Source: an uncultured Gammaproteobacteria bacterium (GTDB lineage Bacteria > Pseudomonadota > Gammaproteobacteria > Xanthomonadales > Xanthomonadaceae). Taken from it: a DNA stretch of 64,000 bases. The translations under genes were made by a program, and so were the position numbers. A model generated the notes under the pieces. The model made no database searches and had not been told where the DNA came from. It saw nothing but the letters and a program-made list of their open reading frames with translations. Positions 47,677 through 58,222 of the stretch are shown here, piece by piece (positions within the stretch are counted from its first letter, which is position 1; each line of letters begins with the position of its first letter). The stretch spans positions 250,970 to 314,969 of the forward strand of contig CAVOJC010000003.1 of NCBI GenBank assembly GCA_963696155.1, read 5' to 3'.

Positions 47677-49851
47677 TTACGCCGGCAGCAGCTCGAATTC
47701 CACCGCTTCTCCGCTTGTGGAGGAAGCGCAGACCCACAGCTGGAACGCGCCCGGCTCGGCGGTGGTGACACCATCGCGGTTGGTGAATGCCAGATCGTGG
47801 CGATCAAGGGTGAACACCACCTCGGTGGATTCCCCCGGCTGCAGCAACACTTTCTGGAAGCGCTTCAGTTCGCGCACCGGCCGCACCCGGCTGGCGACCC
47901 GGTCATGCATGTACAGCTGCGCCACTTCCTCGGCGGCCACGCGGCCGGTATTGGTGAGCGTGGTGGTGATGGTCAACATGTCGTGCCAGCCCAGCCGGGC
48001 GTGGCTCAGGCGCGGCATGCCGTAGGCGAAAGTGGCGTAGCCGAGCCCGTGCCCGAACGGATACAGCGCCGCGTTGGGTATTTCGCGCCAGCGCGCCTTG
48101 AATTCCGAGATCGTCGGCAGTTCCGGGCGTCCGGTACGCATGTGGTTGTAGTAGAACGGCTGCTGCCCGGAGACCTGCGGAAAGCTCACCGGCAGGCGCG
48201 CCGACGGGCTGTAGTCGCCAAACAGCACATCGGCCACCGCATGCCCGGTCTGGGTCCCCAGATACCAGCCCACCGCGATTGCCTGGGCGTCGCGCACCGC
48301 ACCCTCCAATGCCAGCGCGCGCCCGTTGCGCAGCACCACCACCAGCGGTCGGCCGGTCATCGCCACCGCTTCGGCCAGCGCCTGTTGCGCCGGCGGCAGG
48401 GTGATCTCCACCCGCGATTGCGCCTCGCCGCTGAAACGTTGCGGCTCCCCCAGCGCCAGCACCACCACGTCGGCGCGCAACGCGGCGGCTACCGCCTGCT
48501 CGATACCGTCCTGCAGCGCCGCCTCCAGGTCGCAGCCGGATACGATTTCCAGCAGCGAGTCGTCCGCGATCGCCGCACGCATGCCGGTTTCCAGCGTCAC
48601 ATACCGGGACTTGTCGCCGAACAATGTCCAGCACCCTTCGATGTTGTCGCGGTCGCGCACGAACGGCCCAACCAGTGCGATCTTCTGCCCGGTCTTTTTC
48701 AGCGGCAGCACCGCGTCCTCGTTCCTGAGCAGGACGATCGAGCGGCGCGCCACATCGCGTGCCAGCGCATCATGCCCGGCGATATGCGAGGTGTCGGCCT
48801 CGCGCGCCACATCCAGCGAGCGGTAGGGGTTGTCGAACAGGCCCAGCGCGTCTTTCAGGCGCAGCATCCGCCGCACCGATCCGTCCAGCAGCGCCATCGG
48901 CACCTCGCCGCTTTCCACCAGGCCGGGCAGGTGTTCGGCGTAGAAGCCGCTCTGCATGCTCAGGTCGAGCCCGGCACGGAAGGCCTTGGCGGTCGCGTCG
49001 CGGTCGTCGGCCGCATAGCCGTGGGCAACCAGCTCCATGTCGGCGGTGTAGTCGGACACCACCACGCCTGGGAACTGCCATTCGCCGCGCAGGATGTCCG
49101 TCAGCAGCTCGCTGCTGGCACTGGCGGGCACGCCGTTGATGTCGTTGAACGCGCTCATGACCGCCAGCGCGCCGGCATCGAACGCCGCCTTGAACGGCGG
49201 CAGGTGCACATCGCGCAGGGTCTGCGGCGAGATGTCGACGGTGTTGTATTCCAGCCCGCCACTGACCGCGCCGTACGCGGCGAAGTGTTTCGGTGTGGCC
49301 AACAGCGCGTCATCCGCGCGCAGGTCCTCGCCCTGGAAGCCGCGCACCCGCGCGGCGGCGAACGCGCAGCCGAGCACCACGTCTTCGCCGGCGCCTTCGG
49401 CCCCGCGTCCCCAGCGCTGGTCGCGGGCGATGTCCACCGCCGGGGCGTAGGTCCAGTGGATGCCGGCGGCGGTGGCCTCGACCGCGGTGGCGCGCGCCGT
49501 ACGCCGCGCCAGTTCCGGTTCGAAACTCGCCGCCTCGCCCAGCGGGATCGGGAACACCGTGCGCATGCCATGGATGACATCGGCCGCCAGCACCACCGGA
49601 ATGCCGAGCCGGCTCTCCTCCACCGCCACCTGCTGGATGCGGCGCCCGGCTTCGGCGCCGACGCCGTTGAACAGCGAGCCCACCCGTCCGGCGCGCACCT
49701 GCTCGAGCACCTGGTCGGCATTGCGCACGTTGGCCTCGGGATTCACGTCCGGGGCGAAGGGGCGGACCATGTCGGCGAAGACCCCCAGCTGCCCCACCTT
49801 CTCTTCGACGGTCATGCGGGCAAGCAGGGATTCGATACGGTCGGCAGCCAC
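47677..49851 (-). CDS. GH3 beta-glucosidase (BglX-like) with no signal peptide
   Basis: DPRWGR-type RDQRWGRGAEG, PKHFAAYG, nucleophile VSDY, and a C-terminal Fn3-like PVRELKRF region. GTG start at 49851. Confidence 0.88.
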   Translation of the reverse strand: MAADRIESLLARMTVEEKVGQLGVFADMVRPFAPDVNPEANVRNADQVLEQVRAGRVGSLFNGVGAEAGRRIQQVAVEESRLGIPVVLAADVIHGMRTVFPIPLGEAASFEPELARRTARATAVEATAAGIHWTYAPAVDIARDQRWGRGAEGAGEDVVLGCAFAAARVRGFQGEDLRADDALLATPKHFAAYGAVSGGLEYNTVDISPQTLRDVHLPPFKAAFDAGALAVMSAFNDINGVPASASSELLTDILRGEWQFPGVVVSDYTADMELVAHGYAADDRDATAKAFRAGLDLSMQSGFYAEHLPGLVESGEVPMALLDGSVRRMLRLKDALGLFDNPYRSLDVAREADTSHIAGHDALARDVARRSIVLLRNEDAVLPLKKTGQKIALVGPFVRDRDNIEGCWTLFGDKSRYVTLETGMRAAIADDSLLEIVSGCDLEAALQDGIEQAVAAALRADVVVLALGEPQRFSGEAQSRVEITLPPAQQALAEAVAMTGRPLVVVLRNGRALALEGAVRDAQAIAVGWYLGTQTGHAVADVLFGDYSPSARLPVSFPQVSGQQPFYYNHMRTGRPELPTISEFKARWREIPNAALYPFGHGLGYATFAYGMPRLSHARLGWHDMLTITTTLTNTGRVAAEEVAQLYMHDRVASRVRPVRELKRFQKVLLQPGESTEVVFTLDRHDLAFTNRDGVTTAEPGAFQLWVCASSTSGEAVEFELLPA

Positions 49852-49968
49852 CGGTGATCCTTCGGGAGACGTTTGCAAGCGGCGGATTCTAGCTCCGCGC
49901 GCGTGAAACACGGCGCCGCCGATGCCGATGACGTGACCAGGGCCGCATTGCGCGGCCCGCTATCGGCG

Positions 49969-51240
49969 TCAGGCTTCGGCCGCGATCCCGCGCTGGGCCA
50001 GCGTCATCAGCATCGCATCGCTGGAGGCCTGGAACACCCGCAGTCCGAACTCGGGCAGGATCGCCAGCAGGTGGTCGAACGTATCGGACTGGGTGGACTC
50101 GTAGTCGGCCCAGGCGGTACTGGCGGTAAAGCAATAGATTTCCAGCGGCAGCCCCTGCGCCGTGGGCTGCAACTGCCGCACGAGCAGGGTCATGTCCTGG
50201 TGGATGCGCGGATTGTTGCGCAGGTAGAGCTGCACGTACGCGCGGAACGTACCCAGATTGGTGACCCGCCGCGCATTCACCGGCGCCATGCCACCGGCCT
50301 TCAGGTCCGCATTCCACGCGTCCAGCTCCTGGCTCTTGCCTTGCAGGTAATCGCGCAACAAGGCGAACTGCCCCAACCGCTGCACTTCCTCCTGATCAAG
50401 GAAATGCACGCTGTGCTGGTCCAGGTACAGCGAGCGCTTAATCCGCCGGCCGCCGGCTTCATGCATCGCGCGCCAGTTCTTGAACGACTCGGTCACCAGT
50501 TTCTTGGTCGGAATGGTGGTGACGGTCTTGTCCCAGTTCTGCACGGTGACCGTATGCAGGGCGATATCGGTCACATCGCCATCGGCGTTCTGGCTGGGCA
50601 TCTCGATCCAGTCGCCGATGCGGATGCGGCCATCGCCACTGATCTGCACGCTGGCCACCAGCGAGAGGATGGTGTCCTGGAAGATCAACATGAACACCGC
50701 CGTAGCCGCGCCCAGGCCGGTCAGCACATGCAGCAGCTTGACCCCGGCCAGCGTGGCCACGATCGACAGCCCCGCCAGCACGAACACCACGATCTTGGCC
50801 ACCTGCAGGTAGCCCTTGATCGGTTTGTTGCGCGCATCCGGGCGCCGGTCGTAGAACTCGTTGAACAGGTCCAGCGCATGCGAGACCGCCAACGCCAGGG
50901 TGAGGATCGTCCAGGCATGGGCGGCGCTGCGGATCACCGTCACCAGCATCGGCGGCAGTTCCGGCACCACCGAGATGCCGGCGCCTATCACCAGCAAGGG
51001 CACCACGTTGGCCAGGCGCCGGATCACGCGCAGATCGCGTGCACCGCCCTCGCCGCCGCCGGGCAGCATCCGCACCACCCGCCCCAGCCCGCGCAGCAGG
51101 ATCCGCTTGGTGACGAAGTTGGCCAGCCAGGCGGCCAGCAGCAGTACACCCAGTACCAGCACCGGATATGCCATCGGATAAGGCGCCAGCTGTTCCTGCA
51201 CACCATCCAGCCAACGTATTGCCATGACCGCTGCCGACAT
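49969..51240 (-). CDS. Mechanosensitive channel, MscS family (YbdG-like)
   Basis: FQDTILSLVASVQI, GDWIEMP, VQNWDKT and GGRRIKR motifs. Confidence 0.9.
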   Translation of the reverse strand: MSAAVMAIRWLDGVQEQLAPYPMAYPVLVLGVLLLAAWLANFVTKRILLRGLGRVVRMLPGGGEGGARDLRVIRRLANVVPLLVIGAGISVVPELPPMLVTVIRSAAHAWTILTLALAVSHALDLFNEFYDRRPDARNKPIKGYLQVAKIVVFVLAGLSIVATLAGVKLLHVLTGLGAATAVFMLIFQDTILSLVASVQISGDGRIRIGDWIEMPSQNADGDVTDIALHTVTVQNWDKTVTTIPTKKLVTESFKNWRAMHEAGGRRIKRSLYLDQHSVHFLDQEEVQRLGQFALLRDYLQGKSQELDAWNADLKAGGMAPVNARRVTNLGTFRAYVQLYLRNNPRIHQDMTLLVRQLQPTAQGLPLEIYCFTASTAWADYESTQSDTFDHLLAILPEFGLRVFQASSDAMLMTLAQRGIAAEA

Positions 51241-51243
51241 TCC

Positions 51244-51618
51244 TTACCCCTCCACGTCCACGCTGCGGCCGGCGGACCGCTCGATGATCACGCCCACCGC
51301 GGTGGCGCCGCGCACGGCGCCGGGCTTGCTCAACTTCAGCCGCAGCCATTGCACGTTGAATTCGTCCAGCACGATCTGCGCGCAACGCTCGGCCAGCGTC
51401 TCCACCAGGCCGAAACCGGACTCGCGCACGTACTGTTCCAGGCGCTTGCTTACCGCCTTGTAGTTGAGCGTATCGGCGATGTCGTCGCTGGCCGCGGGCT
51501 TGCGGTTGTCGAAGCCCATTTCCAGATCGAAACGCAGGGTCTGGCGGATGCGCCGTTCCCAGTCATAGATGCCGATCAGGGCCTCGATTTCGAGCCCTTC
51601 GATGAATACCTTGTCCAT
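51244..51618 (-). CDS. folB: Dihydroneopterin aldolase
   Basis: MDKVFIEGL...IGIYDWER, LNYKAV, LVETLAE and KPGAV motifs. Confidence 0.95.
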   Translation of the reverse strand: MDKVFIEGLEIEALIGIYDWERRIRQTLRFDLEMGFDNRKPAASDDIADTLNYKAVSKRLEQYVRESGFGLVETLAERCAQIVLDEFNVQWLRLKLSKPGAVRGATAVGVIIERSAGRSVDVEG

Positions 51619-51704
51619 TGCGTCCGCCGCAGTGAAGAAGCGGACATGGTAGCGGCCACGACCTGAGCCTGCCTTGCACAGCGGCCCGCTGCCGCGGCGG
51701 ACCA

Positions 51705-52742
51705 CTAGCCGCCGGTGGCCAATGCCGGCAAGGTGGCCATGTCCCAGCGCGGGGTGACTTTCACTTCGGCCGGGCTGGTCTGGCCTGCCTGCAGCCGCAA
51801 CGCGCCGGCGAAGGCGATCATCGCGCCGTTGTCGGTGCACAGCTCCGGACGCGGAAAACACACCCGGCCACCACGCTGCGCCGCCATCTTCTGCAGCCGG
51901 GCGCGCAGGCGCCGGTTGGCGCCCACGCCACCGGCCACCACCAGCACCTCGCAGCCGGCCGCGTCCAGCGCGCGTTCGCACTTGATCGCCAACGTATCGA
52001 CCACCGCATCCTCAAAACCGCGGGCGATGTCGGCACGGGTGGCCTCGCTCTGGTCGCTGTCGCGCCAGGCCAGCAGCACCTGGGTCTTCAGACCGGAGAA
52101 ACTGAAATCCAGGCCGGGGCGGTCGGTCATCGGCCTGGTGAAACGGAACCGTCCCGGCGTGCCCTGTTCAGCCAGCGCCGCCAGCTGCGGCCCGCCCGGA
52201 TAAGGCAGGCCCATCATCTTGGCGGTCTTGTCGAAGGCCTCGCCGGCGGCATCGTCCAGCGTCTCCCCGAGCAGGCGGTAGCTGCCGATCGCATCGACCG
52301 CCACCAGCTGGGTATGCCCACCGGACACCAGCAGCGCCACGAACGGCGCCTCGGGCGGGTCGTCTTCCATCAGCGGCGCCAGCAGATGGCCTTCCATATG
52401 GTGGACACCGATGGCCGGCACCTCCAGCGCCCAAGCCAGCGAACGCGCCACCCCGGCCCCTACCAGCAGCGCACCGACCAGGCCCGGCCCGGCGGTATAG
52501 GCCACCCCGTCGATCTCGGACACGGCGATCCCGGCCTCGGCCAGCGTCTGCCGGATCAGCGGCAGGGTCTTGCGGACGTGGTCGCGGCTGGCCAGTTCGG
52601 GCACCACGCCGCCATATTCGGCGTGCAGCGCGATCTGGCTGTAGACCGCGTGGGCCCGCAGCGCAGCCGCACCGGACAGGGCGGTGTCATACACCGCCAC
52701 ACCGGTTTCATCACAGGACGATTCGATACCCAGCACTCTCAT
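51705..52742 (-). CDS. tsaD: tRNA N6-threonylcarbamoyltransferase TsaD
   Basis: [26 protein letters not shown] and CTDNGAMI motifs. Confidence 0.97.
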   Translation of the reverse strand: MRVLGIESSCDETGVAVYDTALSGAAALRAHAVYSQIALHAEYGGVVPELASRDHVRKTLPLIRQTLAEAGIAVSEIDGVAYTAGPGLVGALLVGAGVARSLAWALEVPAIGVHHMEGHLLAPLMEDDPPEAPFVALLVSGGHTQLVAVDAIGSYRLLGETLDDAAGEAFDKTAKMMGLPYPGGPQLAALAEQGTPGRFRFTRPMTDRPGLDFSFSGLKTQVLLAWRDSDQSEATRADIARGFEDAVVDTLAIKCERALDAAGCEVLVVAGGVGANRRLRARLQKMAAQRGGRVCFPRPELCTDNGAMIAFAGALRLQAGQTSPAEVKVTPRWDMATLPALATGG

Positions 52743-52786
52743 GGCGCCATTGTGGACCCGAAAAGCACGGACGCAAACCCGCCCTC

Positions 52787-52814
52787 TTGCAGCCTCAAAA
52801 GAAGCCGCTATAAT
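52787..52814 (+). promoter_or_regulatory. sigma70 promoter of rpsU
   Basis: TTGCAG-N16-TATAAT followed by a GC-rich discriminator. Confidence 0.65.
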
Positions 52815-52861
52815 GTGCGGCTCGCCGGGCGTGACCCGGTTCTATTGTGTCCGGAGATCCC

Positions 52862-53077
52862 ATGCCCAGCGTTAAAGTCCGCGAGAACGAGCCCTTCGAG
52901 TTTGCGCTCCGCCGCTTCAAGCGCACCTGCGAAAAGGCCGGCGTGCTGGCCGAGACCCGCAAGCGCGAGTTTTATGAAAAGCCGACCCAGGAACGCAAGC
53001 GCAAGGCCGCAGCCGCGGTGAAGCGCCAGCTGCGTCGTACTTCGCGCGACGTTACCAAGCGTCAGCGCCTGTACTGA
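52862..53077 (+). CDS. rpsU: 30S ribosomal protein S21
   Basis: [21 protein letters not shown]...FYEKPT. Confidence 0.98.
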   Translation: MPSVKVRENEPFEFALRRFKRTCEKAGVLAETRKREFYEKPTQERKRKAAAAVKRQLRRTSRDVTKRQRLY

Positions 53078-53125
53078 TCGGACGCGGCTCCTGAACGGGT
53101 AGCCTGTCTTCCCGTCACGGAGTTG

Positions 53126-53157
53126 AAGCCGGCACGCGCAAGCGTCGCCGGCTTTTT
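53126..53157 (+). terminator. Intrinsic terminator after rpsU
   Basis: AAGCCGGC...GCCGGCTTTTT. Confidence 0.75.
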
Positions 53158-53223
53158 GCGTTTGCCGTCAAAAAGGGAGGCGATGATACTCCCCTTTCCT
53201 CCATTCCCGCAGAGACGATCCCC

Positions 53224-53667
53224 ATGAGCCTGAAGACCCAGCTAACCGATGACATGAAGGCGGCCATGAAAGCCGGCGACAAGCACAGCCTGGGCGTGAT
53301 CCGCCTGATGAACGCGGCGATCAAACAGCGGGAGGTGGACGAGCGCATCGAGCTGGACGACGCGGCGGTGATTGCCGCCCTGGACAAGATGGTCAAGCAG
53401 CGCAAGGACTCGGTCGCCCAGTACTCGGCCGCGAACCGCGAAGACCTGGCCGCGATCGAACGCGAAGAGATCGTGGTGATCGAACGTTACCTGCCGGCCA
53501 AGATGGGTGAAGCCCAGATTCTGGCCGCCGTGCAGGCCGCCATCGCCGAGACCGGCGCCGCCACCGGCGCCGACATGGGCAAGGTGATGGGCGTGCTCAA
53601 GCCCAAGCTGGCCGGCAAGGCCGACATGGGATTGGTGTCCAGGCTGATCAAGCAACAGCTCGGCTGA
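53224..53667 (+). CDS. GatB/YqeY domain protein
   Basis: MKAAMKAGDK, KQRKDS..QY, MGKVMG and GKADM motifs. Confidence 0.93.
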   Translation: MSLKTQLTDDMKAAMKAGDKHSLGVIRLMNAAIKQREVDERIELDDAAVIAALDKMVKQRKDSVAQYSAANREDLAAIEREEIVVIERYLPAKMGEAQILAAVQAAIAETGAATGADMGKVMGVLKPKLAGKADMGLVSRLIKQQLG

Positions 53668-53781
53668 GTGCTTCACCTTTTGCTCGGCCCGCGCCTGTTA
53701 AAACGGCGCGGTGCCGACGGAGGCTTTCGCGTACCACTCCGTCCGATCGTTGGCTTTCCAGTACGCGCCTGATGGACCGGT

Positions 53782-54681
53782 ATGCCCGCCTCCCGCTATA
53801 GACAACGGCTGAACGCCAACCTGCAACGGCTGCAGCAGAGCCTGCCCGCAGCACTGATCCGGCGCTTCGTTGAAATCGAAGTGATGACCCAGGCCGCGTC
53901 GCTGTCGTTCTATACGTTGCTGTCGCTGGCCCCGCTGCTGATCTTGCTGCTGTGGCTCACGGCCTCGCTGTATCCGCCGGCCCAGCAGGCCCTGATCGAC
54001 CAGATCGGCACGCTGGCCGGCCCCAGCGTGGCGGAGGTGGCACGGACCATCATCCATAATGCCAACAGTGAACCGAGCATCGGCTCGCTGGCGGGGATAT
54101 GGGGCACCGCATTGCTGTTCATCGGTGCCACCGTGGTGTTCGCGCAGCTGCAGACCGCGCTGAACCTTATTTTCCGGACCGATGCCCAGCGTCTGGACGG
54201 AATGATGGCCTGGCTGAAAAAACGCTTCTTCTCGGTGGGCGTGGTGCTGGCGCTGGGCTTCATGCTGATCGTGTCGATGATCGCGACCACCGCGCTGCAG
54301 GTGGTGTTTGCCCGCCTGCCCTCGTTGCTGCCGGCACTGGGCTATGTCACCACGCTGGTGCTGTACGCGCTGGGCTTCGCCTTCCTCTACCACTACCTGC
54401 CGGACCGGCGGGTCAAGTGGCGCCAGGCTCTTATTGGTGGGGCCATCACCGCACTGCTGTTCGCGCTCGGCCGCTACGCCATTGGCCTGTACATCGCCAA
54501 TGCCGCGCCCGGCAGCGCCTACGGCTCGATGGGCACGCTGGTGATCATGCTGATCTGGATCTACTACGCCAGCGTGGTGTTCTTCGGCGGCGCCCTGATC
54601 ACCGCGGTGATCGATGAGCGCGCACAGGCGCGCCGGCAGCCGAAGCCGGACGCTGCGCCCGTCGATCCGGCCGCACCCTAG
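53782..54681 (+). CDS. YihY/virulence factor BrkB family membrane protein
   Basis: AASLSFYTLLSLAP and GSAYGSMG.LVIMLIWIYY motifs. Confidence 0.9.
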   Translation: MPASRYRQRLNANLQRLQQSLPAALIRRFVEIEVMTQAASLSFYTLLSLAPLLILLLWLTASLYPPAQQALIDQIGTLAGPSVAEVARTIIHNANSEPSIGSLAGIWGTALLFIGATVVFAQLQTALNLIFRTDAQRLDGMMAWLKKRFFSVGVVLALGFMLIVSMIATTALQVVFARLPSLLPALGYVTTLVLYALGFAFLYHYLPDRRVKWRQALIGGAITALLFALGRYAIGLYIANAAPGSAYGSMGTLVIMLIWIYYASVVFFGGALITAVIDERAQARRQPKPDAAPVDPAAP

Positions 54682-54744
54682 TACACTTGCCGCATCCTTG
54701 TTTTCCGAGTCCCGTCGCCCGCAGGCGATCGGCGCGATTGCTCC

Positions 54745-56475
54745 ATGGCACGACTTCCAGACGCATTCATCGACGACTTGCTGGCCCGCTCCGACATCGT
54801 CGAAGTGGTGGGCAGCCGCGTGCCGCTCAAGCGCCAGGGCAAGGAGTACGCCGCCCGCTGCCCGTTCCATGACGAGCGCTCGGCATCGTTCACGGTGTCG
54901 CCGACCAAGCAGTTCTACCACTGCTTCGGCTGCGGTGCGCACGGCACCGCGATCAGCTTCCTGATGAACTACGACCGCCTCGAATTTCTCGACGCGGTCG
55001 AGGAACTGGCCAAGCGTGCGGGCATGGAAATCCCGCGCGAAACCGGCAGCCGCACGCCGCAGCAGCAGGACGACAGCCGCGAGCTGTACGTGGCGCTGGA
55101 TGCGGCCACCCGCTTCTTCCAGAAAAGCCTGGAAGGCAGCGACACGTCCCGCGCCTATCTGGATGGCCGCGGCGTCGATGAGGCGATCCGCACCCAGTTC
55201 GCGATCGGCTACGCGCCCGACGGCTACAGCGCGCTGAAGGATGCGCTGGGCAAGGACGAGCGGCGGATGAAGCTGCTCGACCGCGCCGGGCTGTTTTCGA
55301 AGAACGACCGCGGCCATGTCTATGACAAGTTCCGCGACCGGGTGATGTTCCCGATCTTCGACCGCCGCGGCCGGGTGATCGCCTTCGGTGGCCGGGTCAT
55401 GGAAAAGGACGACGGCCCGAAGTACCTCAACTCGCCCGAGACCGCGCTGTTCCACAAGGGACGCGAGCTGTACGGCCTGTGGCAGGTACGCCAGGCCAAC
55501 CAGAAGATCGAGCGGTTGATCGTGGTCGAAGGCTACATGGACGTGGTCTCGCTGTTCCAGTTCGGCGTCACCCAGGCGGTCGCCACGCTGGGCACGGCCA
55601 CCACCCCGGACCACGCCGAGCTGCTGTTCCGCAATGCGCCGGACGTGTTCTTCTGCTTCGACGGTGACGCCGCCGGCCGTCGCGCCGGCTGGCGCGCGTT
55701 GGAGTCGGTGTTGCCACGCATGAAGGATGGCCGCCAGGCTTTCTTCCTGTTCCTGCCCGATGGCGAGGACCCTGACTCCATCGTGCGCAAGGAAGGCACC
55801 GAGGGTTTCAATGCGCGGCTGCAGCAGGCCACGCCGCTGTCGCAGTTCTTCTTCGACGAGCTGACCCGCGAGATCAATCTCGGCACGCTCGATGGCAAGG
55901 CGCGGCTGGCCGAGCGCGCCAAGCCGATGCTGGCGCAGATTCCCGATGGCGCGTTTGGCGACCTGATGAAGCAGCAGCTGGCCAAGCTGACCGGCCTCGG
56001 CGGCGGCAACCGCGCTGCGCCCCCTTCCCGTCCCAACGCTCGTCAGACCTCGCCGGTACAGAAGCGCAGCCTCGTGCGCGGCGCCATCTCGGTGCTGCTG
56101 CAGCAGCCTTCGCTGGCACTCACGTTGAGCGGGCATCACCACGCGTTTGCCGGGCTGCGCCTGCCCGGCATCGACTTGCTGATCGAGCTGCTGGATCTGG
56201 TGCAACAGCGTCCGGACATCAGTACCGGCGCGCTGCTGGAGCACTTCACCGGTCGCGAGGAACAGGCCGCCCTGCACCGCTTGGCGGCGATGGCGCTGCC
56301 GGGGGACGAAACGGTATGGGCGCAGGAACTGCAGGACGCGGTGGCGCAGCTGGAGAAGCAACTGCTGCAGCAACGGCTGGACGAACTGCAGGCCAAGCAG
56401 CGCCAGCAGGGGCTGGACGATACCGACAAATACGAGTTGCGTGAGCTGCTCAAGGCCCGCGCCAATCTGCGCTAG
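54745..56475 (+). CDS. dnaG: DNA primase
   Basis: CPFH...CFGC zinc finger, KYLNSPET, TOPRIM VVEGYMD and FDGD, DPD. Confidence 0.98.
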   Translation: MARLPDAFIDDLLARSDIVEVVGSRVPLKRQGKEYAARCPFHDERSASFTVSPTKQFYHCFGCGAHGTAISFLMNYDRLEFLDAVEELAKRAGMEIPRETGSRTPQQQDDSRELYVALDAATRFFQKSLEGSDTSRAYLDGRGVDEAIRTQFAIGYAPDGYSALKDALGKDERRMKLLDRAGLFSKNDRGHVYDKFRDRVMFPIFDRRGRVIAFGGRVMEKDDGPKYLNSPETALFHKGRELYGLWQVRQANQKIERLIVVEGYMDVVSLFQFGVTQAVATLGTATTPDHAELLFRNAPDVFFCFDGDAAGRRAGWRALESVLPRMKDGRQAFFLFLPDGEDPDSIVRKEGTEGFNARLQQATPLSQFFFDELTREINLGTLDGKARLAERAKPMLAQIPDGAFGDLMKQQLAKLTGLGGGNRAAPPSRPNARQTSPVQKRSLVRGAISVLLQQPSLALTLSGHHHAFAGLRLPGIDLLIELLDLVQQRPDISTGALLEHFTGREEQAALHRLAAMALPGDETVWAQELQDAVAQLEKQLLQQRLDELQAKQRQQGLDDTDKYELRELLKARANLR

Positions 56476-56499
56476 CGCGCATCCACCGGAGCCGCATCG

Positions 56500-56994
56500 A
56501 TGATCCGCTACCGTCTTCTCCTCCTGCTCCTGGCCGTGGTCGCCGGACCGGGATTCGCCGCAGACGCGCCCTTCGCGCAACCACGCCCCGGCCTGTATAC
56601 CGGCGGGCAACCGGACGCGGCGCAATTACGCCAGGCCGCTGCCAGCGGCATACGGACGGTGATCGACCTGCGTCAGCCCGGCGAGGATCGCGGCTTCGAT
56701 GAAACCGCGGTCGCCGACGAGCTGGGATTGCGTTATCTGCGACTGCCCATCGCCGGCGCAGCCGGCCTGACCGTCGCCAATGCCGGCACGCTGGAGCGCC
56801 TGCTGGCGCAGGCCGAGGGTCCGGTGCTGCTGCACTGCGCCTCGGGCAATCGTGCCGGTGCGCTGCTGGCGCTCATCAATGCCCGGGGCGAGGGCGCCAG
56901 CGTCGACCAGGCGCTGGAGCTGGGCCGCCGCGCCGGCATGACGTCGCTGGAACCGGTCGTCCGGGCGCTGCTGGAAAGCGACAGCCGGGAATGA
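56500..56994 (+). CDS. Exported Cys-phosphatase/sulfurtransferase-like protein (DUF442-like)
   Basis: GGQP, VIDLR..GE and HCASGNRA (CX5R) motifs. Signal peptide. Confidence 0.8.
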   Translation: MIRYRLLLLLLAVVAGPGFAADAPFAQPRPGLYTGGQPDAAQLRQAAASGIRTVIDLRQPGEDRGFDETAVADELGLRYLRLPIAGAAGLTVANAGTLERLLAQAEGPVLLHCASGNRAGALLALINARGEGASVDQALELGRRAGMTSLEPVVRALLESDSRE

Positions 56995-57031
56995 TGCTGC
57001 CGCACTCCGATCCGATTTCCGCTGGAGGCAT

Positions 57032-58042
57032 GTGCCGATGACGCCCCGATGGTCGCGGCTGCGGCCGGACAACTTCACCCTCGCGTTGTTGGCCACCGTG
57101 GCGGTGGCCTCCCTGCTGCCGATGACCGGCGCTGCCGCCAAGGCGCTGGACCACGTCACCGATATCGCCATTGCCGCCCTGTTTTTCCTGCACGGCGCCC
57201 GCCTGCCGCGCGAGTCCATCGTCGCTGGCCTGCTGCACTGGCGCCTGCACCTGACCATCCTGGCCTGCACCTTCGTGCTGTTTCCGCTGCTTGGGCTGGT
57301 CTACAAGCCCTTGGACGGCACGTTGCTGACACCCGAGTTGTATGTCGGCGTGCTGTTCCTGTGCGCGCTGCCGTCCACGGTGCAATCGTCGATCGCATTC
57401 ACCTCGATGGCCGGCGGCAATGTGCCGGCCGCGGTTTGCGCGGCCTCGCTGTCCAGCATTCTCGGCGTGTTTCTCACCCCGCTGCTGATGGCCGTTCTGA
57501 CGGGTGTGGAAGGCGCCGGCATGGCCAGCCCGCTGCACGCGGTCGGCAGCATCATGCTGCAGTTGCTGGCGCCGTTCGTTGCTGGCCACCTGCTGCGGCC
57601 CTGGATTGCCCGCTGGGTCGAAAGACAGCGCGCGCTGCTGCGTTTCACCGACCAGGGCACCATCCTGCTGGTGGTTTACGCCGCCTTTGGCGAATCGGTT
57701 AGCGAAGGCCTGTGGAGCAAGACGCCGATGACCTCACTGCTGGTCGCCGCGCTGGTGGCGATAAGCCTGCTGGCCATCGTCATGCCTGGCATCACCTGGC
57801 TGTCGCGGCGATTGGGGTTCAGCCGCCACGACGAGATCCCCATCGTGTTCTGCGGCTCCAAGAAGAGCCTGGCGACCGGCGTGCCGATCGCCAAGGTGCT
57901 GTTCGCGGGCGGCAGCCTCGGCGCGATCGTGCTGCCGATCATGATCTACCACCAGATCCAGCTGATCGTCTGCGCGATGGTCGCGCGGCGCTACGCGCGC
58001 GAAGCGGCCTCGAACGACCCGGCGACCAGACCCGCGGACTGA
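57032..58042 (+). CDS. Bile acid:sodium symporter family protein (YfeH-like)
   Basis: LFFLHGARL, PSTVQSSIAFTSMAGGN and FCGSKKSLATG motifs. Confidence 0.9.
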   Translation: MPMTPRWSRLRPDNFTLALLATVAVASLLPMTGAAAKALDHVTDIAIAALFFLHGARLPRESIVAGLLHWRLHLTILACTFVLFPLLGLVYKPLDGTLLTPELYVGVLFLCALPSTVQSSIAFTSMAGGNVPAAVCAASLSSILGVFLTPLLMAVLTGVEGAGMASPLHAVGSIMLQLLAPFVAGHLLRPWIARWVERQRALLRFTDQGTILLVVYAAFGESVSEGLWSKTPMTSLLVAALVAISLLAIVMPGITWLSRRLGFSRHDEIPIVFCGSKKSLATGVPIAKVLFAGGSLGAIVLPIMIYHQIQLIVCAMVARRYAREAASNDPATRPAD

Positions 58043-58222
58043 CAAACATACCCCGAGGAACCCGGCACGCCCGGCGCCCTTGGCTCCGGCATCGCCACCG
58101 CGTGAGGCGTCCTTCAAGCGGCAACGATGACGTACCCATCGCCCCGACTGGTTGCATGCGCTGCCGGCTTTGCCCGACAGCTATGGGCGGATGCGCAACG
58201 TTCGTGACAGCCGTGGATCGGA

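Noticed and set aside
47677-49851. GH3 as NagZ completing the peptidoglycan locus
   Set aside because: It is a long multidomain BglX-type protein with an SDY nucleophile. The NagZ KHFPGHG and D-S-H motifs are absent.
56475-56500. Absence of rpoD after dnaG as a rearrangement scar
   Set aside because: No IS, repeat or truncation at the junction. Separation of rpoD from rpsU-dnaG occurs in other lineages.
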